DNA from: Actinomycetes bacterium
Lineage (GTDB): Bacteria > Actinomycetota > Actinomycetes > S36-B12 > CAIYMF01
Assembly (NCBI GenBank): GCA_037129655.1
Contig: JBAXUN010000001.1
Span: 1 to 56,101, forward strand
DNA length: 56,101 nt
Reading direction: 5' to 3'
The notes under the pieces are model-generated. The model saw only the letters and a program-made list of their open reading frames with translations, did no database searches and had not been told where the DNA came from. The position numbers and the translations under genes are program-made. Below are positions 20,591-32,168 of the stretch, one piece after another; position 1 is the first letter of the stretch; every line of letters begins with the position of its first letter.

Positions 20591-21457
20591 ATGCAAACCC
20601 CCGTCCCTATGCAGCTACGACGCGAGGTACTCGCAGTCATGCTGCTCGACGACGCCGGTCTGGGAGATCTTGATCTCGGCGATGATGGAGTGCATGCGGA
20701 AGCGGACTCCTCGAGTGTTTTTATGAGTTGGTCTGAACTCGACGAAGCGGCTGATCTCAACCCGGTATCGGACACTCCGACATCCATCCGCCGTCGCATC
20801 GCTCGATGGATGCGTTTGCGGCTTCACTTTTCTATGTTGGCGACCACGTTAGGCGACTCTTACGCCAACCACGTCGTTTCCCAGGTTCGCCCCCGTGCTC
20901 TTCCTGCCGACCACACACTGCACCCAGGTGCGTCGTGGCTCGTGACGCGCGTTCTCGGTGGTTCAACGCATAGCGGCTTGGCTCTACGCGGCTTCAACGA
21001 CGATGGGCTTGCCGATTCTGAGTCAGCGGGTTTGCTACCGATCAGGTTGTTGGAGTACGCGGCTGTTCCGACCGATCCTGCCATCATTCGAGCTCGTCAA
21101 TACGTTCATGACATGGCCGAACTAGCCGTTGATCGACATCGACACGATCCCTCTGCGGTCATGCGTTCACTTGGCGATGCTGACGTTCCGACGTTGCTCA
21201 CAAGTCCCCTGTATCGCCACACCATCCTCGACGGCCAAGGAATGCGTTCGGCTGCCGTTCCGTCGCGTCATCGGGGGTGGCTCGATTTGGGGCGTTTAGA
21301 TCCCGCCTTTGCGGTCTCAGCGGCTGCATTAACCGAAGCTGACGAACGGGGTTACAACCGCCCGATTTTGATCACAGGGGACGAGATAGCGATGGTCAAA
21401 CCGGGTGGCAATATCATCGGCCAATCACTCGACGATCCAGTCAGCCCTGAACGCTGA
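20591..21457 (+). CDS. Hypothetical protein
   Basis: 288 aa ORF filling the gap between fadB and dxs, with no motif recognised. Confidence 0.7.
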   Translation: MQTPVPMQLRREVLAVMLLDDAGLGDLDLGDDGVHAEADSSSVFMSWSELDEAADLNPVSDTPTSIRRRIARWMRLRLHFSMLATTLGDSYANHVVSQVRPRALPADHTLHPGASWLVTRVLGGSTHSGLALRGFNDDGLADSESAGLLPIRLLEYAAVPTDPAIIRARQYVHDMAELAVDRHRHDPSAVMRSLGDADVPTLLTSPLYRHTILDGQGMRSAAVPSRHRGWLDLGRLDPAFAVSAAALTEADERGYNRPILITGDEIAMVKPGGNIIGQSLDDPVSPER

Positions 21458-21490
21458 TCGACCGTCCGTTCATTCGGCTAGAGAGCAATT

Positions 21491-23446
21491 TCACTCAGCG
21501 TCAGGAGATGAATCGTTGGTGCCCTTGACCACGGCACCACGAGTCTCCACAGAATCCGAGTTGCCAACGGAATTCTCAAAACGCGCAATGGTTTCGACGA
21601 TTTGACGCGACACATCTTGGGCAGTCAAGCCAAGCGAGGCTAAGACCGCTGCCCTGGTGCCCTGCTCAAGGAATCGTGACTCGACACCAATGTCACGGCA
21701 CGGCACATCAATCTCGTGGGAGCGAAGTGCGGCAGACACCGCCGACCCAATTCCACCTGAGCGAAGGTTGTCCTCCACGGTGACGACCAGTTGGTGCTGG
21801 GCGCCGAGTTCGATCAGCTCGTCGCTTACCGGAATCACCCATCGTGGATCAACCACCGTCACGCCGATCCCTTGATCTGCCAATCTCGCTGCAACGTCAA
21901 GGCACATTGGAGCAAAAACACCGACTGAAACGAGCAGCACGCTTGGGTCCGCATCCTGATGAAGAATGTCGACCGATCCACTCTGGCCAATGGCAGGGGT
22001 GTCAGCGTTGATCGCCCCCTTGGGGAAGCGGATGACTGTTGGGCCATCTTCAATCGACACCGCCTCGCGCAACGCAGTCTGTAAGGTTTGGCCATCGCGC
22101 GGAGCAGCGATTCGAATCCCCGGCACGATTGGTAGCACAGACATGTCCCACATGCCGTTGTGGCTAGCCCCATCGTCGCCAGTGATCCCCGAGCGATCGA
22201 GGACAAACGTGACTCCAGCGTTATGCAGGGCGCAGTCCATGAGCACCTGATCAAACGCCCGGTTGATAAAGGTCGAGTAGACCGCAACGACAGGGTGCAA
22301 GCCCGCGTAAGCCATACCTGCGGCACTAGTGACTGCGTGCTGTTCAGCAATTCCGACATCGTACGTACGAGCCGGGAATTCCTTGGCAAACCGAGTAAGT
22401 CCAACTGGGCCCATCATCGCCGCAGTAATGGCCACGACGTCATTGCGATCACGTGCGATATCAATCAATTCGTCAGTGAACACCGACGTCCACGACGTAC
22501 CCGACTTAGCAAGTGGCTGGCCGGTTTCAATGTCAATGACACCGACGGCATGGAATCGCTCTGCATCATCAAGCTCCGCGGGCAAGTAGCCGCGACCCTT
22601 CTCGGTGATCACATGCACGATGACCGGACCCATAAACGATCGAGCGCGGCGGAGTGCATGTTCTAGGGCCTCAACATCATGGCCATCTACCGGGCCGATG
22701 TACTTCAAACCGAGATCTTCGAACATGCCCTGTGGCGCGACGATGTCCTTCAAACCCTTTTTGAGCCCATGCAGGGTTTCGTAAATCGGCTCACCCACGA
22801 CGGGCGTACGGCCGAGAAGACCCTTGCCCCAGTCGAGGGCCCTCTCGTAACTGCGTGCTGTGCGCAAGGTGGCTAGGTGAGTTGCTACGCCGCCAATGGT
22901 TGGCGAGTACGAGCGCTCGTTGTCATTGACCACGATTACCAGCGGACGATCCGAGGCAGCAATATTGTTGATTGCCTCCCACGCCATGCCACCGGTCATG
23001 GCACCGTCACCGATAACGCCCACGACGTGTCGATTCTTCAACTCCCCAGTGTGTTCAAATCCCTTGGCAATACCGTCGGCCCAGGACAGAGCCGTCGACG
23101 CATGGGAGTTCTCGACGACGTCGTGCACGGACTCAGCACGGCTCGGATAGCCCGACAACCCACCGGCCTTGCGCAGTTCGTCAAAGGCATCGGCTCGACC
23201 GGTCAGCATCTTGTGGACGTAGGTTTGATGCCCGGTATCGAACACGATCACATCGTTGGGAGATCGGTACACCCGGTGAAGGGCAATCGTTAGTTCAACT
23301 ACGCCAAGATTGGGGCCGAGATGTCCGCCCGTTTTGGTGACCCGGTCGATCAGTTCGTTGCGAATCTCAAGGGCTAGGGCAGGCAGTTGCTCTGGCGCAA
23401 GTGCCTGCAAATCTGCAGGTGAGCTGATCCGCCCGAGCAAAGTCAT
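21491..23446 (-). CDS. dxs: 1-deoxy-D-xylulose-5-phosphate synthase
   Basis: [32 protein letters not shown] and DVGIAEQHA. Confidence 0.97.
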   Translation of the reverse strand: MTLLGRISSPADLQALAPEQLPALALEIRNELIDRVTKTGGHLGPNLGVVELTIALHRVYRSPNDVIVFDTGHQTYVHKMLTGRADAFDELRKAGGLSGYPSRAESVHDVVENSHASTALSWADGIAKGFEHTGELKNRHVVGVIGDGAMTGGMAWEAINNIAASDRPLVIVVNDNERSYSPTIGGVATHLATLRTARSYERALDWGKGLLGRTPVVGEPIYETLHGLKKGLKDIVAPQGMFEDLGLKYIGPVDGHDVEALEHALRRARSFMGPVIVHVITEKGRGYLPAELDDAERFHAVGVIDIETGQPLAKSGTSWTSVFTDELIDIARDRNDVVAITAAMMGPVGLTRFAKEFPARTYDVGIAEQHAVTSAAGMAYAGLHPVVAVYSTFINRAFDQVLMDCALHNAGVTFVLDRSGITGDDGASHNGMWDMSVLPIVPGIRIAAPRDGQTLQTALREAVSIEDGPTVIRFPKGAINADTPAIGQSGSVDILHQDADPSVLLVSVGVFAPMCLDVAARLADQGIGVTVVDPRWVIPVSDELIELGAQHQLVVTVEDNLRSGGIGSAVSAALRSHEIDVPCRDIGVESRFLEQGTRAAVLASLGLTAQDVSRQIVETIARFENSVGNSDSVETRGAVVKGTNDSSPDAE

Positions 23447-23522
23447 GTCCCTATTCTAGAGACCTATCGGCCGATCGCACCTTGCGAGATATAAACACGC
23501 CGTCGACGAGTACTTTCGGCCA

Positions 23523-23894
23523 CTAAAGCTTGGACTGCCAACGTCTACCTCGCAGAGCATCCTCGACTAGGGCGACCTCGCGTAGCGCCCGGTTCAGCCG
23601 CGCACCCTCAGCTTCCAAAACGCGCAGGGCGGCGTCAAGTACTTCGGGGTTCACATCTTCACCTAGCTCAGTTCGGGCACGGGCATAGGCCTCCCTAGCC
23701 CCCGCGCGAGCCGACTCGACGTGATGAAAGGTGAACCGAGCCAGAACGATCGGGTACCGACGCAGAACCTCATGGGCTCGATAATCAGCCGGACAAAGAT
23801 CGAACAGCCAATTCGACGCGCTGATCTCCCATGCTGGCGCCGAAGGAGGCAAGACCCCCTTAGGCCAGCCAGCTGGCATTGCCTGCGCTGCCAC
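23523..23894 (-). CDS. Conserved actinobacterial hypothetical protein
   Basis: 123 aa ORF 8 bp downstream of acnA, with PAGWP, WLFDLCPADYR and YPIVLAR. Confidence 0.75.
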   Translation of the reverse strand: MAAQAMPAGWPKGVLPPSAPAWEISASNWLFDLCPADYRAHEVLRRYPIVLARFTFHHVESARAGAREAYARARTELGEDVNPEVLDAALRVLEAEGARLNRALREVALVEDALRGRRWQSKL

Positions 23895-23902
23895 CGGAAG
23901 TC

Positions 23903-26563
23903 CTAGCCAACCAGGGAGCGCAGGACATATTGCAAGATGCCACCGTTGCGGTAGTAATCGGCCTCACCGGGGGTATCGATTCGAACTACGGCGTCAAACT
24001 CGATCAGCGAACCTGTCTCAGGCATTGCCGAGACATGGACCGTGCTTGGCGTGACTCCGTCGTTAAGGGCTGTGACACCCGTGAACGTGAAGGTTTCGCG
24101 GCCGGTAAGACCAAGTGATTCTGCCGTTTGACCAGCTGGGTACTGAAGTGGAAGTACGCCCATTCCAATCAAGTTGGATCGGTGGATTCGTTCGTAGGAC
24201 TCAGCAATGACGACCTTCACACCGAGAAGTGCCGTGCCCTTAGCTGCCCAGTCACGTGACGATCCTGACCCGTACTCCTTACCCGCGAGAATGACCAACG
24301 ACGTCTTGGTGGCTGCATACGACTGAGCAGCATCGTAGATAAAGACTTGAGGTGACTCAGGCTGCGTGAAGTCTCGGGTGTACCCACCCTCAACGTCGTC
24401 AAGTAGCTGATTACGTAGGCGAATGTTCGCGAACGTACCGCGGATCATTACTTCGTGGTTGCCGCGCCGAGATCCGTACGAGTTGAAGTCTGCCCGCGCA
24501 ACGCCATGACCGGCCAAATAGGTGCCGGCGGGACTATCGGCTTTGATAGAGCCGGCCGGGCTTATGTGGTCGGTAGTGACCGAATCCCCCAGTTTGGCTA
24601 GGACGCGGGCGCCCGAGATGTCCGTCACCGGGCTTGGAGCTATATCCATCCCGTCGAAGTACGGAGGCTTACGGACGTACGTCGAATCCGCCGCCCAGGC
24701 GAACGTCTTACCGGTCGGCGTCGGAAGATCTTGCCATTGCTGATCACCGGCGAATACATCCGCGTACCTAGACGTGAACATATCTGCATCGATACACGCG
24801 TTGATCGTCGCTTCAATCTCCGCAGCATCTGGCCAGATGTCGGCCAGGTACACGGCCACGCCGTCTGAATCCACGCCGAGCGGCTCGCGGGTGATGTCGA
24901 TATCCATCGTTCCAGCGATCGCGTATGCCACGACCAAAGGTGGTGACGCCAGGTAGTTCATCTTGATGTCCGGGTTGATACGACCTTCAAAATTTCGATT
25001 ACCCGAGAGAACCGCGGCGACGGCCAGATCCTGTGAGTGGACGGCCGCGCTCACCTCCGCAGGTAGTGGGCCCGAGTTGCCAATACAGGTTGTGCAGCCG
25101 TAACCGACGAGATCAAAGCCCAACTTCTCAAGGTATGGCGTGAGCCCTGATTTGTCGTAGTAGTCGGTGACAACCTTCGAACCGGGCGCCAGCGTTGTCT
25201 TCACCCACGGCTTACGAGTCAAGCCACGTTCAACGGCCTTCTTGGCAAGCAGCCCAGCACCGACCATCACCGATGGGTTCGAGGTGTTTGTGCATGAGGT
25301 GATCGCTGCAATCGTCACCGCCCCATGTCCGATGGTGACCTCTTGACCATCAATGGTGAACGTGGCCCTCTTCGTCGGCTCAGCTGAATATGTGGGTAGC
25401 GCTTCGGCGAACTTGTTTTTCGCCTCCGAAAGAATGATGCGATCCTGCGGACGCTTTGGTCCGGCGATGGATGGGACCACCGTCGCGAGATCGAGTTCGA
25501 TCAGTTCCGAATACGTTGGCTCATGCTCCGCGTTATGCCACAGCCCTTGGGCCCGGGCATAAGCCTCCACGAGTGCGATCTGCGCCTCGTCGCGGCCGGT
25601 CAAACGCAGATAGCGCAGGGTCTCATCATCGATCGGGAAGATCGCAACTGTCGAACCGTATTCCGGGCTCATGTTGCCGATCGTTGCGCGGTTTGCCAGA
25701 GGCACGGCAGACACACCAGCTCCATAAAACTCGACGAACTTACCGACCACACCGTGCTTTCGGAGCATCTCGGTGATCGTCAAGACCAAATCCGTGGCGG
25801 TGGCGCCGGCCGGCAGGCTGCCACTGAGTTTGAAACCAACGACCCGAGGAATCAACATTGAAACTGGCTGACCAAGCATGGCGGCTTCTGCCTCGATTCC
25901 ACCCACGCCCCAGCCAAGAACGCCGAGCCCGTTGACCATGGTCGTGTGGGAGTCCGTGCCAACGCAGGTATCGGGATATGCCTGACCATTGCGCACCATG
26001 ACAACACGGGCCAACGCTTCGAGGTTGACCTGGTGAACGATGCCAGTGCTCGGCGGAACCACCTTGAACTCGTCGAAAGCCGTCTGACCCCAGCGCAGGA
26101 ATTGATACCGTTCGCGATTACGTTCGTATTCAAGTTCGACGTTCTGCGTGACGGCTTGCTGGGTGGCGAAGAAGTCAGCGATCACGCTGTGATCGATGAC
26201 AAGTTCGGCAGGGGCGAGCGGATTGATTTTCGTTGGGTCGCCACCGAGATCGGCCATTGCTTCACGCATCGTTGCCAAATCGACGACACAGGGAACCCCG
26301 GTGAAGTCCTGCATGATGACCCGGCCCGGAGTGAATTGGATCTCTTCACTGGGCTCGGCTTGCGGATTCCATGACCCCAAAGCGCGAATCTGATCGGCCG
26401 TTACATTCGCCCCGTCTTCGGTGCGAAGCAAGTTTTCTAGCAGCACCTTGTGGGTAAAGGGCAGCCGCTCAGAACCGGCCACAGCATCGAGCCGGAAGAT
26501 CTCAAAGGACGATCCGGCAACGTCGAGAACTGACTTGGCTCCGAAACTGTCTTTACTCGTCAC
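23903..26563 (-). CDS. acnA: Aconitate hydratase A
   Basis: [40 protein letters not shown] and [13 protein letters not shown]. Confidence 0.97.
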   Translation of the reverse strand: MTSKDSFGAKSVLDVAGSSFEIFRLDAVAGSERLPFTHKVLLENLLRTEDGANVTADQIRALGSWNPQAEPSEEIQFTPGRVIMQDFTGVPCVVDLATMREAMADLGGDPTKINPLAPAELVIDHSVIADFFATQQAVTQNVELEYERNRERYQFLRWGQTAFDEFKVVPPSTGIVHQVNLEALARVVMVRNGQAYPDTCVGTDSHTTMVNGLGVLGWGVGGIEAEAAMLGQPVSMLIPRVVGFKLSGSLPAGATATDLVLTITEMLRKHGVVGKFVEFYGAGVSAVPLANRATIGNMSPEYGSTVAIFPIDDETLRYLRLTGRDEAQIALVEAYARAQGLWHNAEHEPTYSELIELDLATVVPSIAGPKRPQDRIILSEAKNKFAEALPTYSAEPTKRATFTIDGQEVTIGHGAVTIAAITSCTNTSNPSVMVGAGLLAKKAVERGLTRKPWVKTTLAPGSKVVTDYYDKSGLTPYLEKLGFDLVGYGCTTCIGNSGPLPAEVSAAVHSQDLAVAAVLSGNRNFEGRINPDIKMNYLASPPLVVAYAIAGTMDIDITREPLGVDSDGVAVYLADIWPDAAEIEATINACIDADMFTSRYADVFAGDQQWQDLPTPTGKTFAWAADSTYVRKPPYFDGMDIAPSPVTDISGARVLAKLGDSVTTDHISPAGSIKADSPAGTYLAGHGVARADFNSYGSRRGNHEVMIRGTFANIRLRNQLLDDVEGGYTRDFTQPESPQVFIYDAAQSYAATKTSLVILAGKEYGSGSSRDWAAKGTALLGVKVVIAESYERIHRSNLIGMGVLPLQYPAGQTAESLGLTGRETFTFTGVTALNDGVTPSTVHVSAMPETGSLIEFDAVVRIDTPGEADYYRNGGILQYVLRSLVG

Positions 26564-26576
26564 AGTGTCTCCTCAG

Positions 26577-26602
26577 AAAGTATCTTGATATCAAGATACT
26601 TT
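26577..26602. promoter_or_regulatory. 26 bp perfect palindrome upstream of acnA (TamR-like MarR operator candidate)
   Basis: AAAGTATCTTGAT|ATCAAGATACTTT, 13 nt before the acnA start. It is AT-rich in a high-GC context. Confidence 0.75.
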
Positions 26603-26605
26603 ATC

Positions 26606-27877
26606 TTACCGGTTGTTGCGCGCCCCAGCGTAGGGAACCAAAAGCGCCACGGCTTCCATGTGATGGGTCATCGGGAAAAGGTCAAAGCCGCGGACTGAAG
26701 CCACATCCCAACCCACTGCCCTGGCGTATCCAATATCTCGGCCGAGAGCCGCCGGATCACATGCCACATAAGCCACTGCCCGGGGCGCGAGATCAAAGAT
26801 TGACTCGATCACTCGCCGGCCCGCTCCTCCGCGCGGCGGGTCAAGAACGACGATGTCAACGTCCGTCCCCTGCTGGGACGTGAGCCAGGTGTCAACCGCC
26901 GATTGATGGATCCGAACCGTCGGCACATCATGTAAATTCCGTCGAGCGTCTGAGCATGCAGTGATCGACACCTCCACAGCATCCACCGTGCCCGTTGGCC
27001 CGAGATCTGCCGCCAACAATCCTGCGAACAGCCCAACACCGCTGTATAGATCCAGAAGGCGTTCCCCTTCCTGCGGCTGGAGAACCTCGCGGACATATGT
27101 GACGAGAGCCTCAGCCGCACCGGGGTGAACCTGCCAAAAACCGTCCGCAGCAACTCTCCATTCGCGCCCGCCAGCGAGCTCACGAACCCAACCGCGACCG
27201 CGCAGTCCGGGCACAGCCACGTCGACGGGTAGTGAACGCGCAGGCGTACCCACATGAGTCGGTTCGGGAATCGCAACTCGATCACCCGTGCTCGCCGCGA
27301 CCGCAATCACATCGCGACTGTTCGGCCACGCATGATTTTGCACGCCGATTGAGGTGAGTTCCGGTGTCGCTAGTGCACAAACTTCGATCGGAACCACTGT
27401 GTGCGAGTGATGACGCCGAAAGCCAACCTGACCCGAATCATCGATCGCGTACCGAACACGCGTACGCCAATTCAAACCCTCATTATCGCCTGCTACTGCA
27501 ACGACCTCAACCGCTTCGGACAGGGGGCATCCATCGATCGCCTCGACACCACCAAGTCGGGTCAACTGTTCGCGCAGCACCTCCGCCTTCAACTCACGTT
27601 GCCGACTCAGTTGTACATGCTGGAAATCGCATCCACCGCAAAGAGAGGCATATTCACACGGTGCCTCGACGCGGTCACTGGAAGGTCGAATGATTCGCAC
27701 CGCATCGGCCTGCAGATAGCGGCCTTTTGGCCCAAGCCCGGTGATCATCACTTCGACCTGCTCGCCAGGAATCGCATGGCGCACGAAAATCACGCGGCCT
27801 TCGTACCTCGCCACGCAGTGACCACCGTGAGCGATGGCTTCGATCTCGACGGTGACCCGATCCCCCACGCCCGTCAC
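26606..27877 (-). CDS. TRAM-domain class I SAM-dependent RNA (uracil-5) methyltransferase (RlmD/TrmA family)
   Basis: TRAM N-terminus, CGGCDFQH, FWQVH, LDLYSGVG, DPPR, YVACDP and DLFPMTHHME. Confidence 0.9.
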   Translation of the reverse strand: MTGVGDRVTVEIEAIAHGGHCVARYEGRVIFVRHAIPGEQVEVMITGLGPKGRYLQADAVRIIRPSSDRVEAPCEYASLCGGCDFQHVQLSRQRELKAEVLREQLTRLGGVEAIDGCPLSEAVEVVAVAGDNEGLNWRTRVRYAIDDSGQVGFRRHHSHTVVPIEVCALATPELTSIGVQNHAWPNSRDVIAVAASTGDRVAIPEPTHVGTPARSLPVDVAVPGLRGRGWVRELAGGREWRVAADGFWQVHPGAAEALVTYVREVLQPQEGERLLDLYSGVGLFAGLLAADLGPTGTVDAVEVSITACSDARRNLHDVPTVRIHQSAVDTWLTSQQGTDVDIVVLDPPRGGAGRRVIESIFDLAPRAVAYVACDPAALGRDIGYARAVGWDVASVRGFDLFPMTHHMEAVALLVPYAGARNNR

Positions 27878-29922
27878 GGTGTCGAGTTGGGCCTGTCACC
27901 CGGGTTCATGTATTCGCGAGCAACAACCTCTTGTTGGACGGCAGCCGGTGGCTCGCCGCGTCGAACTGCACCAGCACCAACTGATTCAGGCTTGTTTGCA
28001 ACCAGTTCACTCGATGACAGTTGATACGGGACATTGCAAACGACGACACCGGGTGTGAAGAGAAGCTTTGCCTTGAGTCGCAAGGCGCTCTGGTTATGCA
28101 GAAGTTGTTCCCACCATTTACCCACGACGTACTCAGGGATGTAAACAATAACGAGGTCGCGCGGGCTCTCACGATGAAGGCCCTTGACGTAATCGACAAT
28201 AGGCCGAGTAATTTCGCGGTACGGCGAATCCAAAATCCTCAGTGTTACCGGGATCTCACGCCGTTCCCATTCAGCAACGAGATGCTCCGTGTCCGGTGGG
28301 TCGACATTCACGGTGAGTGCTTCAAGGCGATCTGGCCGACTTGCCCGCGCATATGCCAGAGCCCGCATCGTCGGCTTGTGGATCTTGGAAACGAGGACAA
28401 CCGCGTGCGTTCGCGCCGGCAGTGTGACGGTTTCGTCTGGCTCGGGCGCCAGTTCGACTCGAACCCGCTCATAGTGCTTATGAACCGTTTGCATCAACCA
28501 GTACAGCAGCGGCATCGCAATACACACGATCCACGCGCCCTTAGTGAACTTGGTGATCAGAACAATGAAAAGCACGGAACCTGTCATGACGAAGCCGACG
28601 GCATTCGTTGCACGGCTTCGAATCATGCGACGTCTCTCGGCCGCTGAGGGCTCGTTTGGTAGCAGCCGATTCCAGTGTCGAATCATGCCCAGCTGACTCA
28701 GCGTGAACGATACGAAAACGCCGACGATGTACAACTGAATCAGGTTAGTTACATTCGCCCGGTAGACGACGATGAGCACGATGGCAACGCTCGCCAGAAC
28801 GACGATACCGTTCGAAAATGCGAGACGATCACCGCGCGTGTGCAACTGCCGCGGCAGGTAACCGTCACGAGCGAGCACAGAGCCAAGAACGGGGAAGCCA
28901 TTGAAGGCCGTATTCGCGGCTAGCGCGAGGATCAGTACAGTTGAGAACGAAACGAAAAGGAATCCGAACTGGAAGCTTCCGAAGACCGCGTTCGCTACCT
29001 GAGCGATGACGGTTTTTTGTGCTTGGCCGGCAGGCAATCCGACAAGGTCATAATCATGTTCTGTGACATGCACCTGGGTGTAAATCGACAACCACGTAAT
29101 CATGGCGAACATCGTCATAGCGATAGTGCCAAGCAACAGCAGGGTGGTGGCCGCGTTCTTACTCTTTGGCTTCTTGAATGCCGGAACACCATTAGCGATT
29201 GCCTCAACGCCAGTGAGCGCCGTCGTACCTGAAGAGAACGAGCGCGCAAGCAGGAACAGCAAGGCTGCGCCAGCGAACGTATTTTCTGGGGTGATGTGCC
29301 ATGAGGCACTCTCCGCCCGAAGTACCTCCCCATGCGCGATCCGCCACATCGCATAGAAGGACATTCCGAAGATTCCCATAATGAATCCGTACGTGGGGAT
29401 GGCAAAAAGTGCACCCGACTCACGCACACCTCGGAGGTTCATCAACGTAATCACAACGATCGCGCCAACGGCCCAGACAACTCGATTATTGCCAACCGTG
29501 TCGAAGGCAGAAGCCAGGTTGTCGACAGCCGAGGCGATCGACACCGCGACAGTAAGCGTGTAATCGACAAGCAGTGCACTGGCCACAAACACCCCGGCAC
29601 GCGCACCGAGGTTCGTCGTCACAACTTCGTAATCGCCACCACCACTAGGGTAGGCATGCACGTTTTGTCGGTATGACGCGACAACCACGCAGTAAATGAA
29701 GATAACGAGCAAAGCCACCCACGGCGCGAACTTGTAGAACGCGACGCCGCCAAGCGAGAGAACCAACAGGATTTCTTGGGTCGCATAGGCGTTGGATGAC
29801 AGCGCATCTGACGCGAAAACGGGTAGCGCGATTTTCTTCGGAAGCAGCGTCTCGCCGAGCTGTTCGCTGGACAAGGCACGCCCGAAAACGAGTTGCTTAG
29901 CTTTATCGGTGACGGGTGACAC
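27874..29922 (-). CDS. KimA/YdaO-like APC-fold permease (probable K+ importer)
   Basis: DALSSNAY, AYPSGGGDY, ALTGVEAIANG and C-terminal cytoplasmic SPYRE...LLHNQSA. Confidence 0.85.
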   Translation of the reverse strand: MSPVTDKAKQLVFGRALSSEQLGETLLPKKIALPVFASDALSSNAYATQEILLVLSLGGVAFYKFAPWVALLVIFIYCVVVASYRQNVHAYPSGGGDYEVVTTNLGARAGVFVASALLVDYTLTVAVSIASAVDNLASAFDTVGNNRVVWAVGAIVVITLMNLRGVRESGALFAIPTYGFIMGIFGMSFYAMWRIAHGEVLRAESASWHITPENTFAGAALLFLLARSFSSGTTALTGVEAIANGVPAFKKPKSKNAATTLLLLGTIAMTMFAMITWLSIYTQVHVTEHDYDLVGLPAGQAQKTVIAQVANAVFGSFQFGFLFVSFSTVLILALAANTAFNGFPVLGSVLARDGYLPRQLHTRGDRLAFSNGIVVLASVAIVLIVVYRANVTNLIQLYIVGVFVSFTLSQLGMIRHWNRLLPNEPSAAERRRMIRSRATNAVGFVMTGSVLFIVLITKFTKGAWIVCIAMPLLYWLMQTVHKHYERVRVELAPEPDETVTLPARTHAVVLVSKIHKPTMRALAYARASRPDRLEALTVNVDPPDTEHLVAEWERREIPVTLRILDSPYREITRPIVDYVKGLHRESPRDLVIVYIPEYVVGKWWEQLLHNQSALRLKAKLLFTPGVVVCNVPYQLSSSELVANKPESVGAGAVRRGEPPAAVQQEVVAREYMNPGDRPNSTP

Positions 29923-30010
29923 AGTCCCTCACTGTACGACTTCACATCACCTCAACCCACACGACACCCCTATTCGCGTGAATTCACCGATGAACGTGTA
30001 CCGTTCGATC

Positions 30011-30673
30011 GTGCATGTAGTCATCATGGGATGTGGTCGCGTTGGGACTGAGCTGGCGCAGACGCTCGATGCAGCCGGACACTCGGTCTCCGTCATCGAT
30101 CAAATTGCTAAGGCTTTCTCCTCCCTCGGTGAGGGATTTAAGGGCCAAACCGTCACCGGTATCGGGTTTGATCGCGACCGTCTGCGAGAGGCCGGCATCG
30201 AACGCGCTGATGCATTCGCAGCGGTATCAAGTGGCGATAACTCGAACATCCTCGCTGCCCGAGTGGCGCGCGAAACGTTCGGCGTAGACACCGTCGTGGC
30301 TCGCATTTACGATCCACGCCGCGCTGAGGTGTATCAACGGCTGGGTATTCCTACCGTGGCCAGCGTTCCATGGCAGACCGATCAGATTCTGCGCCGCATT
30401 CTTCCCGGCCACAACGCCGACGAATGGAGCGACGCTTCGGGGCTCATCACCCTTGCACAATTGCCCGTCTCAACTCACTGGGTAGGCGAGCGATACACCC
30501 GCCTCGAGCGTGAATCTGGTGCACGCATTGCGTTCATCACCAGGTTAGGCAAGGGCATGCTGACCAATGTCGACTCGGTCATTCAGGATGGCGACTCTGC
30601 TCACGTCGTTCTCACCGATGCTAGCCGCGAGCAGGCCACCACCGTTCTTGCTCAAGGTCCGGAGGTTAACTGA
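30011..30673 (+). CDS. trkA: TrkA-family K+ uptake RCK protein (CeoB-like)
   Basis: VVIMGCGRVG, SSGDNSNI and ARIYDPRRA. Start trimmed to GTG 30011. Confidence 0.9.
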   Translation: MHVVIMGCGRVGTELAQTLDAAGHSVSVIDQIAKAFSSLGEGFKGQTVTGIGFDRDRLREAGIERADAFAAVSSGDNSNILAARVARETFGVDTVVARIYDPRRAEVYQRLGIPTVASVPWQTDQILRRILPGHNADEWSDASGLITLAQLPVSTHWVGERYTRLERESGARIAFITRLGKGMLTNVDSVIQDGDSAHVVLTDASREQATTVLAQGPEVN

Positions 30674-31335
30674 TGCGTGTTGCTATTGCCGGGGCTGGCA
30701 AAGTCGGCCGCTCCATTGCCCGAGAATTGTTGGTCAACGGCCACCAAGTTCAACTCATCGACCGTGACCCCAGCAAAGCCGGCGCCTTGTCATCGACAGG
30801 CGAGGTGCTCAATGTGCTCATCGGGGATGCTTGTGAGATCAGCGTTTTGGACCGGGCCGAATTAGGTTCATGTCAGGTTCTCGTTTCAGCCACGGGAGAC
30901 GACAAAGTTAACCTTGTCGCCTCGCTCCTAGCTAAAACTGAATACGGCGTTCCGCGAGTCGTCGCGCGCGTGAATCACCCGAAAAATGAATGGATGTTTG
31001 ACGAGTCGTGGGGTGTAGACGTAGCTGTCTCGACTCCGCGAATGCTGTCGGCCCTCGTCGAAGAGGCTGTTTCAGTCGGAGACCTCGTTCGGCTGTTCAC
31101 GTTCCGTCAAGGTGATGCGAACCTTGTAGAGATGACCCTCGCGCCAACATCACGAGTAGTTGGGTCGAGGGTCGCAGATCTCAGTTGGCCAGTAGATACG
31201 GCCCTCGTGGCAATTCTGCGCGGAAGCCGCGTGATCACACCTTCAAACGATGACACCCTCGAAGCGGGCGATGAATTGATGTTCGTTGCCAACGAGGCCC
31301 AAGAGCCTGCCCTGACGAGCATTCTTACCGCCTGA
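30673..31335 (+). CDS. trkA: TrkA-family K+ uptake RCK protein (CeoC-like)
   Basis: IAGAGKVG, TGDDKVNLV and WGVDVAVSTPR. TGATG coupling to the upstream trkA. Confidence 0.9.
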   Translation: MRVAIAGAGKVGRSIARELLVNGHQVQLIDRDPSKAGALSSTGEVLNVLIGDACEISVLDRAELGSCQVLVSATGDDKVNLVASLLAKTEYGVPRVVARVNHPKNEWMFDESWGVDVAVSTPRMLSALVEEAVSVGDLVRLFTFRQGDANLVEMTLAPTSRVVGSRVADLSWPVDTALVAILRGSRVITPSNDDTLEAGDELMFVANEAQEPALTSILTA

Positions 31336-31385
31336 CGTCCACCCCGATTGAGGGGCACGAGACTGTCAACATCAGCGCGGCACGA

Positions 31386-32168
31386 TCACGTGTTTGATGA
31401 ATCAATCTCTGACACGTCCGAAGGTGGAACTGGCGCTTCAAGGCGGGCCTTTTGGATGACTCTGTAGGCCAAGAATGCGGTCAACGCGAATGCCGGCCAA
31501 CCAAGAATCAATTTGAAAACACCTAAGGCTGCAACATTGCCCGCTAGGTACAGCGGGCCCTCAATGATGATGCGCCCGGCAAACAATCCGACAAACATCC
31601 ATGTGGCCAGGGCATACGCGCGACGCTGTTCTCGCACGCGCCGCCAGCCGGTGAGATCGCCGGTTGCTCCACCCACTGCATAACCCAGCAATGGATGGCC
31701 GACTGCACACGAGATCGCCAGACCAACTGCGTACGCGGCGTTAGTTAACAAACCGGGGAGGTAGAAGTTCTCTGCCTTGCCGGTTCGGGATGCCAACCAT
31801 GCGGCAAAGGCGACTCCGATGAACCCGCTGAGTACCTGCTGCAGAGACTCGCGTCGCACTAAACGAAGAATCGCAATGATCGCACCTGATGCGACGGCAG
31901 CCCAGATCGCTTTAGATAGTTGGTTACCAGTCACAAGGTAGGCCACGACGAATACAGCGCCAGGAAGGCTCGAGTCAATGAGTCCGCGCCAACCACCAAC
32001 CGCCGATGACATCAACTGCTCGGTCGTGGCGTCGCCACGTTGACCCGTTCCGGCCGGAACACCCTCGAGCACTTCTTCAAGGGAACGGTGATGCGTCGGC
32101 CCGGGTTCACCGGCTCCCATACTTGAAGGTTCCGAACTTGGCTCTGGAAATGTCACGTCGGCTTCCAC
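31386..32168 (-). CDS. DUF3159 membrane protein
   Basis: GGWRGLIDSSLP, TGKAENFYLPG, hydrophobic helices and conserved position after the trkA pair. Confidence 0.82.
   Translation of the reverse strand: MEADVTFPEPSSEPSSMGAGEPGPTHHRSLEEVLEGVPAGTGQRGDATTEQLMSSAVGGWRGLIDSSLPGAVFVVAYLVTGNQLSKAIWAAVASGAIIAILRLVRRESLQQVLSGFIGVAFAAWLASRTGKAENFYLPGLLTNAAYAVGLAISCAVGHPLLGYAVGGATGDLTGWRRVREQRRAYALATWMFVGLFAGRIIIEGPLYLAGNVAALGVFKLILGWPAFALTAFLAYRVIQKARLEAPVPPSDVSEIDSSNT

Noticed and set aside
27401-28647. Long plus-strand ORFs (207 and 208 aa) and similar shadow ORFs across the window, such as 32587-33123, 37523-38062 and 53294-53914
   Set aside because: They lie antisense or out of frame within well-supported genes and have no motifs, which is expected in high-GC DNA.
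27874-31335. TrkA pair without TrkH as a novel K+ system, or a c-di-AMP (ydaO) riboswitch
   Set aside because: The KimA-like/ceoB/ceoC layout is a known conserved actinobacterial arrangement, and the 88 bp intergenic gap is too short for the riboswitch.
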